In this document: piece after piece, positions 9,457 through 19,495 of the stretch | Position numbering within the stretch: the first letter of the stretch is position 1 | Layout of the letters: every line of letters begins with the position of its first letter | NCBI GenBank assembly: GCA_934167225.1 | Contig: CAKPLD010000001.1 | Coordinates: 2,084 to 66,083 of the forward strand | Source of the DNA: an uncultured Clostridia bacterium | GTDB lineage: Bacteria; Bacillota; Clostridia; TANB77; CAG-508 | Length of the DNA stretch: 64,000 nt | Direction: 5' to 3' | Translations under genes and position numbers: made by a program | Notes under the pieces: generated by a model | Told to the model about the DNA's origin: nothing | The model's database searches: none | The model's input: the letters and a program-made list of their open reading frames with translations, nothing else

Positions 9457-10314
9457 ATGATTGAAATATTACAAGATGCGGTTATAGACACAATAAAATT
9501 GATACCGTTTTTATTTATAACATATTTGATTATGGAATATATAGAAAATAAAACAAGTGACAAAATAAGAGAAAAAATAAAAAAATCAGGAAGATTTGGA
9601 CCATTAATTGGAGGAGCTGTCGGAATACTGCCACAATGCGGTTTTTCGGCTTCTGCGACCAATTTATATTCATCAAGACTAATATCAATAGGAACATTAA
9701 TTGCAGTATATTTATCAACTTCAGATGAGATGATACCTATATTTATCTCAGAAGCAATGCCAATAGAATTAATTGTAAAAATTCTTGGAATAAAACTGTT
9801 TTTAGGAGTATTTTGGGGTTTTTTGATAGATTTCCTCTATAAAAAATTTATAAAAAGAAAAGACCAAAAAGAATATAATATGGATACTGAAATATGTGAA
9901 GAAGAACATTGCCATTGTCATGAACAAGGAATACTAAAAGCAAGTTTAATTCACACAATGAATATAACTATTTATATATTTGCAATAACATTAATTATTA
10001 ATGGTATTATAGGAATAATTGGGGAAGAGAATATAGAAATATTTATAAAAAATAATCTTTTCTTAGGTCCTGTTATATCTAGCTTAATAGGTCTTATACC
10101 AAATTGTGCAGCTTCTGTTATTATAACAAATTTGTATATTGAAAATGTTATAAATATGTCGTCTTTAATTGCAGGGTTGCTAACAGGAGCAGGTGTTGGA
10201 TTACTTGTGCTATTTAAAACAAATAAAAAAGAATGGAAAGAGAACTTATTTATAGTTGGTTTAATGTATGCAATAGGGGTAAGTTCAGGACTAATATTAC
10301 AATTAATAATATAA
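9457..10314 (+). CDS. two-repeat membrane permease, putatively ArsP_2 / DUF2899-like heavy-metal exporter
   Basis: Internal duplication with LPQCGFSASATNLY and LIPNCAASVIITNLY motifs. A His/Cys-rich loop EEEHCHCHEQ. Confidence 0.4.
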   Translation: MIEILQDAVIDTIKLIPFLFITYLIMEYIENKTSDKIREKIKKSGRFGPLIGGAVGILPQCGFSASATNLYSSRLISIGTLIAVYLSTSDEMIPIFISEAMPIELIVKILGIKLFLGVFWGFLIDFLYKKFIKRKDQKEYNMDTEICEEEHCHCHEQGILKASLIHTMNITIYIFAITLIINGIIGIIGEENIEIFIKNNLFLGPVISSLIGLIPNCAASVIITNLYIENVINMSSLIAGLLTGAGVGLLVLFKTNKKEWKENLFIVGLMYAIGVSSGLILQLII

Positions 10315-10332
10315 GCTTATTTACAGTAAAAC

Positions 10333-10366
10333 AAAAAAGTGGTAATAAAGTTTACCACTTTTTTGT
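10333..10366. terminator. bidirectional intrinsic terminator between convergent genes
   Basis: aaaaaagtggtaa-taaag-tttaccactttttt. Confidence 0.7.
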
Positions 10367-12724
10367 TTAGTTATTTTTAGATCTCTTTTTAAAATTAACA
10401 ACAATAGCATCTTCGTTATCTAATAAAAATTTTGAAGAAGTATTTGCTTGAATTGGATCATCTTCGTCAGTATCTTTATCTCTAAAAGTTACTTTTTTAG
10501 GATTAAATTTCTTTTCAGAAGATATTATTTCGCTAGAGTCATCTGAAATTGCATCACTAGATAAATATTTTGAAAAATCATACTTTTTACCTTTATGTTT
10601 CTCTTTATATTTAGGTGCCATAAAATTGATAATTCCATCACCATTTTGAGGTGCACCATTGTCGCCAATTATCTTAAATGCACATTTCTCATCTGTAAGG
10701 AATTGCATGCTTCCTGCCATTACCTTATCTTTATAATCATATTTTACTTCTTTCATAGATGAACTTAAAGTACCTGTTTTACCGTCGAAATCACGTGGTT
10801 TGTATTGCCATTGTTTCCATTGACCAATTTCTTTTTGCCACCATTGTAATTCATCAATAGGTGCTGCACCACCAGTAAATACCTTACTTGAACAGTTTGA
10901 TAAAATTGTGCTATTAAATTTAGGCATTGCATTGTTATCGTTACCTACCGAAACACCAGGAGTACCAAACATTGAAATACTTTGGGCAGAAATAGTTGTT
11001 CCAATACAATATTTTCTGTACATAGTAAATATTGTTTCTGTATCTTTTGTAACAAAATCTGGAAATTCATCAATATATAAATAATGAGGAATACGTGTTT
11101 TCTCATTACCTGGTCTTCTTAAAACAGCGTTTTGCATTGATAGTAAGAAGAATAGACCAAATGCAGTACTTGCAAATTTTCCAGAATCTCCACGTCGTGT
11201 ACAAATGAAAATAAAATCTCCATTTTGTAATGTTTGGTCAAAATTGATGTTGTTGTGTCTGTTACATAAAATATTTTTAATTTTTGAAGAACGTAGCAAG
11301 TTTTCTAGTCTGCTTGAAATGTAAAATGCATATTTCTCCATATTTTCTAGGCCTCTACTTTGTGGGTAGAAATTCTTTTCGAAGAATGTTATTATCATTG
11401 AATATTCTTCGGCAAGTTCGGTGTCTTTTTTTAGTATTTCACACATTTTTTGTACAAGACCAAAGTTGTTTAATAGTTTTAGTAAATCTTCCATGTTTGG
11501 AAGGATTCCGTCATTCATTTTTGGATATATTAATTTTAAAAGTATTGTTAAATTTTCTAAAATTTGTATAACAACATCTTCAGAATAATTGTCATTATCC
11601 GGAGCTTTAATTCCATTTAATGTAGATGAAATTGTTACTGCAATTGTGTTTGGCTCATCATATACAAATGGGTTTAAACCAACTGAATTTCCTGGACTTA
11701 GCGGGTCTAATAATATATATGAGATACCATAATTTTGACAAACATCGATCATGTTATATATACTTTCTGAATCTGGTGAAAGGTATGTCATACCTATATT
11801 TCTGTAAATAGGTTTTGGTGACCTTGAAAGTATCATTTTTTGCATAAATGTTTTATATAAACTTTCTTTTCCAAATGCAGGAGTTAACATATTTAAGCTG
11901 AAATTATTATTTAAATAATCGTTACTGTAAGGACTGTTTAAAGATGCAATTCCTGTTTTTAATGCTGTAAAACCTAATTCTTTTGAAGCTTCTTTAAAGA
12001 AGTATTTTTTCTCTATATCTTGTGCTATCATTGGTTCGAAAATTCTGGATGTTTTTCCTGTTCCAGATCCACCACATACTAGAAGTGATCTATATCTTGC
12101 AGATTCTCCATATGTTATATTTTTTCCTGTGTTGTAATCATATAGAAAACTTATGTCACACATATAAGAATTGTGTTTTATTGTTGGATCTGATAAGTTT
12201 ATTCCTGTATAGTCCCAAATTGATTTTATTTGCTCAGATGAGTCATTAATTCCAAGTAAAATCTTTTTTGTTATAAATGGGTAGAATGTTACTAATGGTA
12301 TATAAAGTGATATTGCACAAAATGCATGTCTTACCATACTAGGAAATTGTGTAACTATATTTGCGTAGTTTGGTACAGATTGGAATAATATCCATAGTCC
12401 TCCATTTAACCATTGTGTAAATAGCGAAATGGAAATTATATATATTGCTACTAGGTATGTATAAAATAGTGTTACTTTGTGTGCTCTATCATGTGCAAAT
12501 CCTGATTTTCCCGAAAATGCGAATGCAAATGCTGGACATGCCAAAGCTAGGGTGTATCTAAATGGACCCCAGTAGGATGAGGATACACCTGTAAAAATCA
12601 TGAGCAACATTTCTACTATTCTATCTATACATATGTAGAATGAAATTAATGTTAGAATGAAGGTGAAAAAAGTGTTTCTGTTTACATTTAATTTTTTTAA
12701 TAATTTGTCTAATATTTTCATCAT
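10367..12724 (-). CDS. membrane-anchored P-loop NTPase of the TraG/TraD/VirD4 (type IV coupling protein) type; orphan
   Basis: 4-5 N-terminal TM helices. Walker A VCGGSGTGKTS. Walker B HYLYIDEFPDF. Q-motif-like SAQSISMFG. Acidic, Ser-rich C-terminal tail. 785 aa. Confidence 0.45.
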   Translation of the reverse strand: MMKILDKLLKKLNVNRNTFFTFILTLISFYICIDRIVEMLLMIFTGVSSSYWGPFRYTLALACPAFAFAFSGKSGFAHDRAHKVTLFYTYLVAIYIISISLFTQWLNGGLWILFQSVPNYANIVTQFPSMVRHAFCAISLYIPLVTFYPFITKKILLGINDSSEQIKSIWDYTGINLSDPTIKHNSYMCDISFLYDYNTGKNITYGESARYRSLLVCGGSGTGKTSRIFEPMIAQDIEKKYFFKEASKELGFTALKTGIASLNSPYSNDYLNNNFSLNMLTPAFGKESLYKTFMQKMILSRSPKPIYRNIGMTYLSPDSESIYNMIDVCQNYGISYILLDPLSPGNSVGLNPFVYDEPNTIAVTISSTLNGIKAPDNDNYSEDVVIQILENLTILLKLIYPKMNDGILPNMEDLLKLLNNFGLVQKMCEILKKDTELAEEYSMIITFFEKNFYPQSRGLENMEKYAFYISSRLENLLRSSKIKNILCNRHNNINFDQTLQNGDFIFICTRRGDSGKFASTAFGLFFLLSMQNAVLRRPGNEKTRIPHYLYIDEFPDFVTKDTETIFTMYRKYCIGTTISAQSISMFGTPGVSVGNDNNAMPKFNSTILSNCSSKVFTGGAAPIDELQWWQKEIGQWKQWQYKPRDFDGKTGTLSSSMKEVKYDYKDKVMAGSMQFLTDEKCAFKIIGDNGAPQNGDGIINFMAPKYKEKHKGKKYDFSKYLSSDAISDDSSEIISSEKKFNPKKVTFRDKDTDEDDPIQANTSSKFLLDNEDAIVVNFKKRSKNN

Positions 12725-12972
12725 ATATTTATCCCTCTTACTTATTTTTTATATATTATATTATCCTACAAAATGAAGAAAATTACAAGGGAAAAAGTAA
12801 AAAGAATGGAAAAAATTCAAAAATGATTGTAACTTTTTATTTCTAGTAAGAAATAAATTTATTCAAAAAATACTACCCAAAAACCAAATAATGTGATACA
12901 ATAAAAAGCGAAAATATAAGACAAAGGCTTGAGAGCCTTAAAAATATAGAAAAAATAAAGAGGAGGAAAGAT

Positions 12973-13698
12973 ATGTCAGGACATAGCAAATGGAGTAACA
13001 TACAAGCAAAAAAAGGAAAGGCAGATGCAGCAAGAGGAAAAATCTTCACAAAACTAGGAAGAGAATTATTAGTTGCAGTAAAAGCAGGAGGACCAGATCC
13101 AGCTGGAAACTCAAAGTTAAAAGACGTAATTGCAAAATGTAAAGCAGCAAACATGCCAAACGACACAATAAACAATGCCATAAAAAAAGCTTCAGGAGAG
13201 GGAAATACAGCCTCATATGAAGAAATAACATATGAAGGATACGGACCAAATGGAGTAGCTTTAATAGTAGAAGCAAGTACAGACAACAGAAATAGAACAG
13301 CAGCAGATGTAAGACATGTATTTGACAAAGCAGGAGGAAATTTAGGAACAACAGGATGTGTATCATACATGTTTAGCCAAAAAGGAGTAATTATAATAGA
13401 AAAAGAAAACTGCAAACTATCAGAAGACGAACTAATGATGCAAGCACTAGAATGTGGAGCAGAAGACTTTGAAGCAGAAGAAGATGTATACGAAATAACA
13501 ACTGCACCATCAGACTTTTCAAGTGTTAGAGAAGCATTAGAAGGATTAGGACTAGAATTTTTAGAAGCATCAGTTCAAATGGTGCCATCAACAACAGTAG
13601 CATTAGACGAACATGGAGCAGAAAAAATGAATAGACTAATAGATAACTTAAACGACTTAGACGATGTAATGAATGTATATCACAATTGGGAAGAATAA
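12973..13698 (+). CDS. yebC: YebC/PmpR-family transcriptional regulator
   Basis: [31 protein letters not shown] start. 241 aa. Confidence 0.9.
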   Translation: MSGHSKWSNIQAKKGKADAARGKIFTKLGRELLVAVKAGGPDPAGNSKLKDVIAKCKAANMPNDTINNAIKKASGEGNTASYEEITYEGYGPNGVALIVEASTDNRNRTAADVRHVFDKAGGNLGTTGCVSYMFSQKGVIIIEKENCKLSEDELMMQALECGAEDFEAEEDVYEITTAPSDFSSVREALEGLGLEFLEASVQMVPSTTVALDEHGAEKMNRLIDNLNDLDDVMNVYHNWEE

Positions 13699-13711
13699 TA
13701 AGTTCTAAAAT

Positions 13712-13758
13712 AAAAAAAGTCACATATAATATTTATATATTATATGTGACTTTTTTTT
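13712..13758 (+). terminator. intrinsic terminator after yebC
   Basis: 15-bp AT-rich hairpin agtcacatataatat/atattatatgtgact, followed by T8. Confidence 0.7.
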
Positions 13759-13803
13759 AACTAAAAATTAGTAACCAAGAAAAGAAACAAAGAAAGGAAA
13801 AAA

Positions 13804-14723
13804 ATGATTGAAGATGTAATAGAATACTTGCCAAATTTAATAAAAAATCAAATTGAAAAATACATAGAAAAAAACAACCAAAAAGAAAAAATCGAAGAAA
13901 TAAGGCTAAGAACGGGACAAAGATTAACTTTAAAAATCGGACAAGATATGGAATGTATAAATTACAAAATATCCAAAAAGGAAATAGACGAAACATTTGA
14001 AAACATATGTGAAAAATCAATATATTCATATACAAAGCAAATATCAGAAGGCTTTATAACAATAAAAGGTGGAAATAGAGTTGGAATAACAGGCTCATGT
14101 GTTATTGAAAATAATAGAGTAAAAAACATAAATAATGTATCAAGCTTAAATTTTAGAATAGCAAGGCAAATAAAAGACGTATCAACTCCAATACTAAAAG
14201 ATGTTATAGACATAGAAAATGACACAATTTTCAACACCATGATAGTTTCTCCGCCAGGGGCACGGAAAAACTACAATATTAAGAGATTTGGTAAGAAAAA
14301 TATCTAATCGGCATTCCAGAAATTGGATTTTCTCATAAAACATGTGGAATTGTAGACGAAAGAAATGAAATATCTGCAATGTATAAAGGCATTCCGCAAA
14401 ATGATATTGGTTGTTTTTCGGATGTAATAGATAATGTGCCAAAACCCATAGGCATAAATATGTTAATAAGGTCTATGGCACCACAAATTATTATATGTGA
14501 CGAAATTGGAAGCAAGGAAGACATAGAAGCAATTGAAAAAATGGCTTGTAGTGGAGTTAAGGGGATTTTTACTGCTCATAGTGCATCAATAGAAGAGGTT
14601 TTTCAAAATGTTAATTTAAAAAGGATGATAGATTTAAAACTTGTAAGGAAAATAATTGTTTTAGATAGAGAACATAAAGGCAAAATAAAAGAGGTGCTAG
14701 ATGTTCTAAAATATAATTTGTAA
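13804..14723 (+). CDS. spoIIIAA: stage III sporulation protein AA (ATPase); frame broken twice (about 14263 and 14309) by single-C insertions
   Basis: Removing the c in ggggcaCgga and in aatCggc gives the continuous sequence ...IVSPPGAGKTTILRDLVRKISNGIPEIGFSHKTCGIVDER... Confidence 0.8.
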
Positions 14724-14815
14724 AAAAAGTCTAAATTTAGGATAGATTTTATTACTAAAGACAGGTTCTAAAATGAAAATATTGGCATATAAATATAAAG
14801 ACATAAATAGGAGGG

Positions 14816-15343
14816 ATGAAATTGATTGAGTTTTTAAGATATTTATTTTTAATATCCATACTTGCTGGGAGTACAAGCATAGGTTTTTTATTATCGAGAA
14901 GTTATTCAAACAGAGTTAGAGAATTAAAGGCTTTTTCAAAACTGGTAAATATTGTAAAAAGTAAAATAGAATTTACCCAAAAACCTCTTGCAGAAATTTT
15001 TGAGGAAACATATTTGGTAGAAAAAAATTTAAAAATTTCGAAAATATTTTACATATCGGCACAAAAAATAGAGAGTAAAAACATTAAAGAAGCATGGAAT
15101 GAAGCAATTTCGGAAGAAAAGTTTTTCTGGGATTTGAAAAAAGAAGATATTTCATTAATTAGAACATTTGGAAATATGTTAGGAAAAACAGATGTTGAAG
15201 GACAAGTTAGTGAAATTAATCAATTTAAGGAATTGCTGAATTCGCAAATTAGTATGGCAGAAGAAGAAAATAGTAAAAGCTCAAAAATGTATAAAAGTTT
15301 GGGAACTATTGTTGGTTTAGGTATAATAATACTTCTTTATTAA
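14816..15343 (+). CDS. spoIIIAB: stage III sporulation protein AB
   Basis: Position in the operon. N-terminal TM followed by a soluble domain. 175 aa. An alternative TTG start at 14822 has better RBS spacing. Confidence 0.75.
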   Translation: MKLIEFLRYLFLISILAGSTSIGFLLSRSYSNRVRELKAFSKLVNIVKSKIEFTQKPLAEIFEETYLVEKNLKISKIFYISAQKIESKNIKEAWNEAISEEKFFWDLKKEDISLIRTFGNMLGKTDVEGQVSEINQFKELLNSQISMAEEENSKSSKMYKSLGTIVGLGIIILLY

Positions 15344-15500
15344 TTTAGATTTACAGCATTTGTGAAAGGGTTTATTAAGTCGGTTTAGGCATAATAATAC
15401 TTCTTTATTAATGCTAAAATAACAGTTCCTAAAATAAAACAGCAAGGTTTATAGGTACTCCTTTTATTAAAAACCTAAATACATTATGCAAGGAGTCAAA

Positions 15501-15695
15501 ATGAATGTTGATTTATTATTCAAAATAGCAGCAGTAGGAATATTAGTTGCTGTACTACACCAAGTATTATGTCGTGCAGGAAGAGAAGAACAGGCGATGA
15601 TGACGACCTTAGCAGGTTTAGTTATTGTGCTTACACTTGTTATAAAACAGATAAGTTCGTTATTTGATACAGTAAGAACATTATTTAGTTTATAA
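15501..15695 (+). CDS. spoIIIAC: stage III sporulation protein AC
   Basis: 64-aa two-TM protein MNVDLLFKIAAVGILVAVL. RBS aaggag. Confidence 0.8.
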   Translation: MNVDLLFKIAAVGILVAVLHQVLCRAGREEQAMMTTLAGLVIVLTLVIKQISSLFDTVRTLFSL

Positions 15696-15727
15696 ACATA
15701 TAAAAGCAATTAGGAGAAATTTAAATT

Positions 15728-16120
15728 ATGGACGAAATTATTAAAATTGTTGGAATCGGGTTAATTGCAGTTGTATTAATAATTATTGTAAAACAATATA
15801 GACCAGAATTTGCACTATACATATCACTAATAGCAGGAGTAGTAATTTTATATATGGCACTTGATAATTTAACAAGTTGCATTAATCTTTTAAAGCAAAT
15901 TTGCGAAAAATCTGGTGTTAACAGTAAATTTCTAGGCATTTTAATAAAAATGACAGGAATTGCTTTTTTATCTGAATTTGCAATTAGTATATGCAAAGAT
16001 GCAGGAGAAGGAGCAATAGCAAGCAAAGTAGAAATAGGAAGTAAGGCCATTATTATTTCAATGTCGATACCAATTATTTACAATTTACTCGATGTTATTT
16101 TAAAAATATTGCCTAGTTAA
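15728..16120 (+). CDS. spoIIIAD: stage III sporulation protein AD
   Basis: 130-aa membrane protein. Position in the operon. Confidence 0.8.
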   Translation: MDEIIKIVGIGLIAVVLIIIVKQYRPEFALYISLIAGVVILYMALDNLTSCINLLKQICEKSGVNSKFLGILIKMTGIAFLSEFAISICKDAGEGAIASKVEIGSKAIIISMSIPIIYNLLDVILKILPS

Positions 16121-16167
16121 TATTGTTACATAAAGCTTAAAATAAACATATTATAGGAGTTTTGCAA

Positions 16168-17335
16168 ATGAAGAAAATATATTTATGTATTGCAATAATA
16201 ATTATTATAGGGATTCCTAAATTTACATACGCACTAGAGGAAAATGATACAGAATCTATGGATGCAATTTTAAAAGAACAACAATCTAGTTTTGGAATTA
16301 GCGACTTTTTAAAAGAAGCGGAAAATTATTCTCCAGATTTTATTAAAGACCTACATATCTCAGATATATTTAGCATGGCCATAAATGGAAAAATTGATAA
16401 TTCTACAATATTCAAAAAAATACTAAGCCTAAGTGGAACAGAAATAACAAATACATTAAAAATTTTAATAAACATATTACTAATAGTTTTAATACATAGT
16501 ATTTTAAAATCTTTAACAGATGGATTGGAAAATAGCGAAATATCAAAAATTGTTTATTATGTACAATATATTCTAATTGTTACAATTATAATGACAAATT
16601 TTACCGAAATACTAAAAACCATAAACCAAACAATTGAAAATTTAGTAGGTTTTTCTCAAACGCTAATACCGCTTTTGGTAACATTAATGGCATATACAGG
16701 AAGCATAACAACAACAGCTGTTATAGAACCAATACTGCTGTTTTTAATCGAATTTATTGCAAATATTATAAAAACATTAATAATGCCTATTATATCACTA
16801 ATTACAGTATTAATAATAATATCTAAAATTACAGATAGAATACAAATAAGCAAACTAGGAAACTTTTTTAAATCTAGTATAGTATGGTTTTTAGGAATAA
16901 TACTAACAGTATTTGTAGGAGTAGTATCTTTAGAAGGAACCCTAATATCAAGTATAGATGGGGTAACAGCTAAAACAGCAAAAGCAGCAGTAAGTTCTTT
17001 AATACCTGTGGTACGGGAAAATACTAGGAGATGGTGTAGATGCAATTTTAGGCTGTGGAGTTATTTTAAAAAATGCGGTTGGAATGGTTGGAGTTATAAT
17101 TATAATAGGAATATGTTTGCTTCCAATTATAAAACTTGCCACATTTAGCATAATGTACTCACTTACCTCAGGCATAATAGAGCCGATAGCAGATGGAAAA
17201 ATAGTAAAACTACTAGACGAAATGAGTGGCATTTTTAAGCTATTACTTGCAGTTCTTTGCTCTGTTTCTGTATTGCTAATTATTGGAATAACCCTGGTTA
17301 TAAAAATTTCTAATAGTGGGATGATGTATAGATGA
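16168..17335 (+). CDS. spoIIIAE: stage III sporulation protein AE; frame broken at about 17014 by a single-C insertion
   Basis: Removing the c in gtaCgggaaa gives ...PVVGKILGDGVDAILGCGVILKNAVGMVGVIIIIG..., joining ORFs 16162..17148 and 17084..17335. Confidence 0.8.
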
Positions 17336-17859
17336 TAAATTTTTTAAGTAATTGGATTGAACAAATTACACTTTCTGTAATTATTGTAAGCATTTTCGAA
17401 TTAATACTTCCAAAAGGAAATTTAAAAAAATACATAAAAGTAGTACTCGGAGTTTATATAATATATTGCTTTATATCTCCATTTGTAAATAACAATAGTT
17501 TATACAATATAGGTGACATTAATTTAGACGATTATGTACAAATAAAAGAAACCAATAACACCCAAAGTGTAGATTCTAGAATTGAAAATTTATATATAGA
17601 TGAACTAAAGAAAAGCATATCAAAAAAGGTACAGGAAAAAGGTTACAAAGTTTCAAAATGTGACATAGATGCCAAACTAACCGAAAATAGTGATAATTCG
17701 GGAATAAATAACATAAGCCTTATTTTAAAAAATAATAATATTGAAAAAATAGAAATAGGTGCTAAAGATGAAAATAATAAAACCGCAGAAGAGATAAGAG
17801 AAGAATTGGCAAAAGATTACGAAATAGACAAAAATTTAATAAACATAAAGATAAAATAA
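17332..17859 (+). CDS. spoIIIAF: stage III sporulation protein AF
   Basis: N-terminal two-TM protein. Position in the operon. Confidence 0.7.
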   Translation: MINFLSNWIEQITLSVIIVSIFELILPKGNLKKYIKVVLGVYIIYCFISPFVNNNSLYNIGDINLDDYVQIKETNNTQSVDSRIENLYIDELKKSISKKVQEKGYKVSKCDIDAKLTENSDNSGINNISLILKNNNIEKIEIGAKDENNKTAEEIREELAKDYEIDKNLINIKIK

Positions 17860-17900
17860 GGGACTGGAATTTGTACCTTTGGAAAGGAATGTGATTAAAA

Positions 17901-18506
17901 ATGGGAAATTTAATGAAAAAAATTACATCAAAAGAAGGTGAAAACAAAAATAAAAGAAAGGTAGAAAATATATTTTTTCTTCTTATTATATTAATTATTA
18001 CATTAGTTATTATAAATACAATTTGGAAAGATGATAAAATACAAAATAATAGTGATGAAAAAAATGAAAATGCAACAGGAAAAACATTAGCAAGTAATCA
18101 AGAAGAAACAACATCTAAAACAGAATTAGAAAGCAACCTAGAAGAAATATTATCAACAATAAAAAATGTAGGAAAGGTAAAGGTTTTAATAAACTATTCG
18201 GAAAGTAGCAGTTTGATTCCACTTTATAATGAAAGCACAACAACAAGTAGTACCGAAGAAGGAGACACATCTGGTGGAACAAGAAATGTAACAGAAACTG
18301 AAACAAAAAAAGATGTAGTATTTTCGGAAAAATCTGGAAACAAAGATCCTGTAACTCAAAAAACAATTATGCCAACAATACAAGGAGCAATAGTTACGGC
18401 GGAAGGAGCTGGAAATGCAACAGTTAAAACAAATATAATAAATGCCGTTGGTGCAGTAACAGGATTAAGTATAGACAAAATACAGGTTTTTGAACTAGAA
18501 AATTAA
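17901..18506 (+). CDS. spoIIIAG: stage III sporulation protein AG
   Basis: N-terminal TM. C-terminal TIQGAIVTAEGAGNATVKTNIINAVGAVTGLSIDKIQVFE, typical of SpoIIIAG. Confidence 0.75.
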   Translation: MGNLMKKITSKEGENKNKRKVENIFFLLIILIITLVIINTIWKDDKIQNNSDEKNENATGKTLASNQEETTSKTELESNLEEILSTIKNVGKVKVLINYSESSSLIPLYNESTTTSSTEEGDTSGGTRNVTETETKKDVVFSEKSGNKDPVTQKTIMPTIQGAIVTAEGAGNATVKTNIINAVGAVTGLSIDKIQVFELEN

Positions 18507-18533
18507 AATTATAGTGTAAGGGGGAATTACAAT

Positions 18534-19232
18534 ATGAAAAAATTTAAAAAAAGTGAAATTGCAATATATGCAATAGCCTTAATGTTGGTAACAGCTGGAT
18601 ATTTTAATTATACTACATTTGAAAAACAAACAGAAGAAACCTATTCAGAAGATATAAATGGAATAAATGAGCAAATTGCAAATGTTGGAGATGCTGTTTT
18701 AGTTAGTAATAATGAAGTAAGTGAAGAAAATGAACTTAGCGAACAAAATGAGGTAAGCAAAGAACAGAATAATGAAACTGGAAGTAACAGCAAAAATACA
18801 AGCTTGGAAAATACAGCTGAAAATGTGGCCGAAAATATAACAGCAACTACAAATGTAACAGAAAATAACAACGCCACAACAGAAAATGATTATTACGCAA
18901 GTGCAAAGCTCGAAAGAGATAAGATGTATGCAGAAATGATTTCGAATTATCAAAAAATTATAGATAATACAAATGCATCTGAAGCACAAAAATCTATAGC
19001 AACTCAGGAAATAACCAAAATTAATAATACTAAAAATGCAATAATGATATGCGAAAATTTGCTTTCAACCAAAGGCTTTGATAATTGTGTAATTTTGGTT
19101 AATGACTCTAGTGTGAATGTTGTTGTTAAAATAGATGGTGGATTAAATACAGAATCTGTTGCAAAAATTCAAAATATTGTTTCAAGAGAACTTGGTATTG
19201 ATTTGGGGAATATACATATAAGTGAAAATTAA
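18534..19232 (+). CDS. spoIIIAH: stage III sporulation protein AH
   Basis: Last gene of the operon. N-terminal TM followed by an acidic linker. 232 aa. Confidence 0.6.
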   Translation: MKKFKKSEIAIYAIALMLVTAGYFNYTTFEKQTEETYSEDINGINEQIANVGDAVLVSNNEVSEENELSEQNEVSKEQNNETGSNSKNTSLENTAENVAENITATTNVTENNNATTENDYYASAKLERDKMYAEMISNYQKIIDNTNASEAQKSIATQEITKINNTKNAIMICENLLSTKGFDNCVILVNDSSVNVVVKIDGGLNTESVAKIQNIVSRELGIDLGNIHISEN

Positions 19233-19367
19233 TTTTGGGTTAATTATGATTTATAGCTTTTTAAGTCCGGCTTTGTTCAGAAAAATAGTAATTATTTTCA
19301 AATTCCTAATGGCTCCCTACATAATTTAAGAGCTTATAAGCCTAATCTGCATTTTTAAAATATAAAA

Positions 19368-19457
19368 ATGTCACGGAATGAAAATTCGAAATATCGCGGA
19401 ATGAAAAACCAAAATATCACGGAATGAAATTGACAAAAATCACGGATTGGGGTAAAA
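19368..19457 (+). promoter_or_regulatory. four direct repeats ATCACGGAATGAAA at about 23-bp periodicity, overlapping a consensus sigma-A promoter
   Basis: Repeats start at 19371, 19395, 19417 and 19440. Promoter: -35 TTGACA (19429-19434), 17-nt spacer, -10 TAAAAT (19452-19457). Confidence 0.6.
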
Positions 19458-19495
19458 TAATAATAAATAGAAACGAGTGTGAGAGGTGAGAATTT

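Noticed and set aside
19368-19452. A possible CRISPR array suggested by the short direct repeats.
   Set aside because: The repeats are only about 14 nt with 8-9-nt gaps, far below CRISPR repeat and spacer sizes. They overlap a promoter, which is consistent with operator sites.
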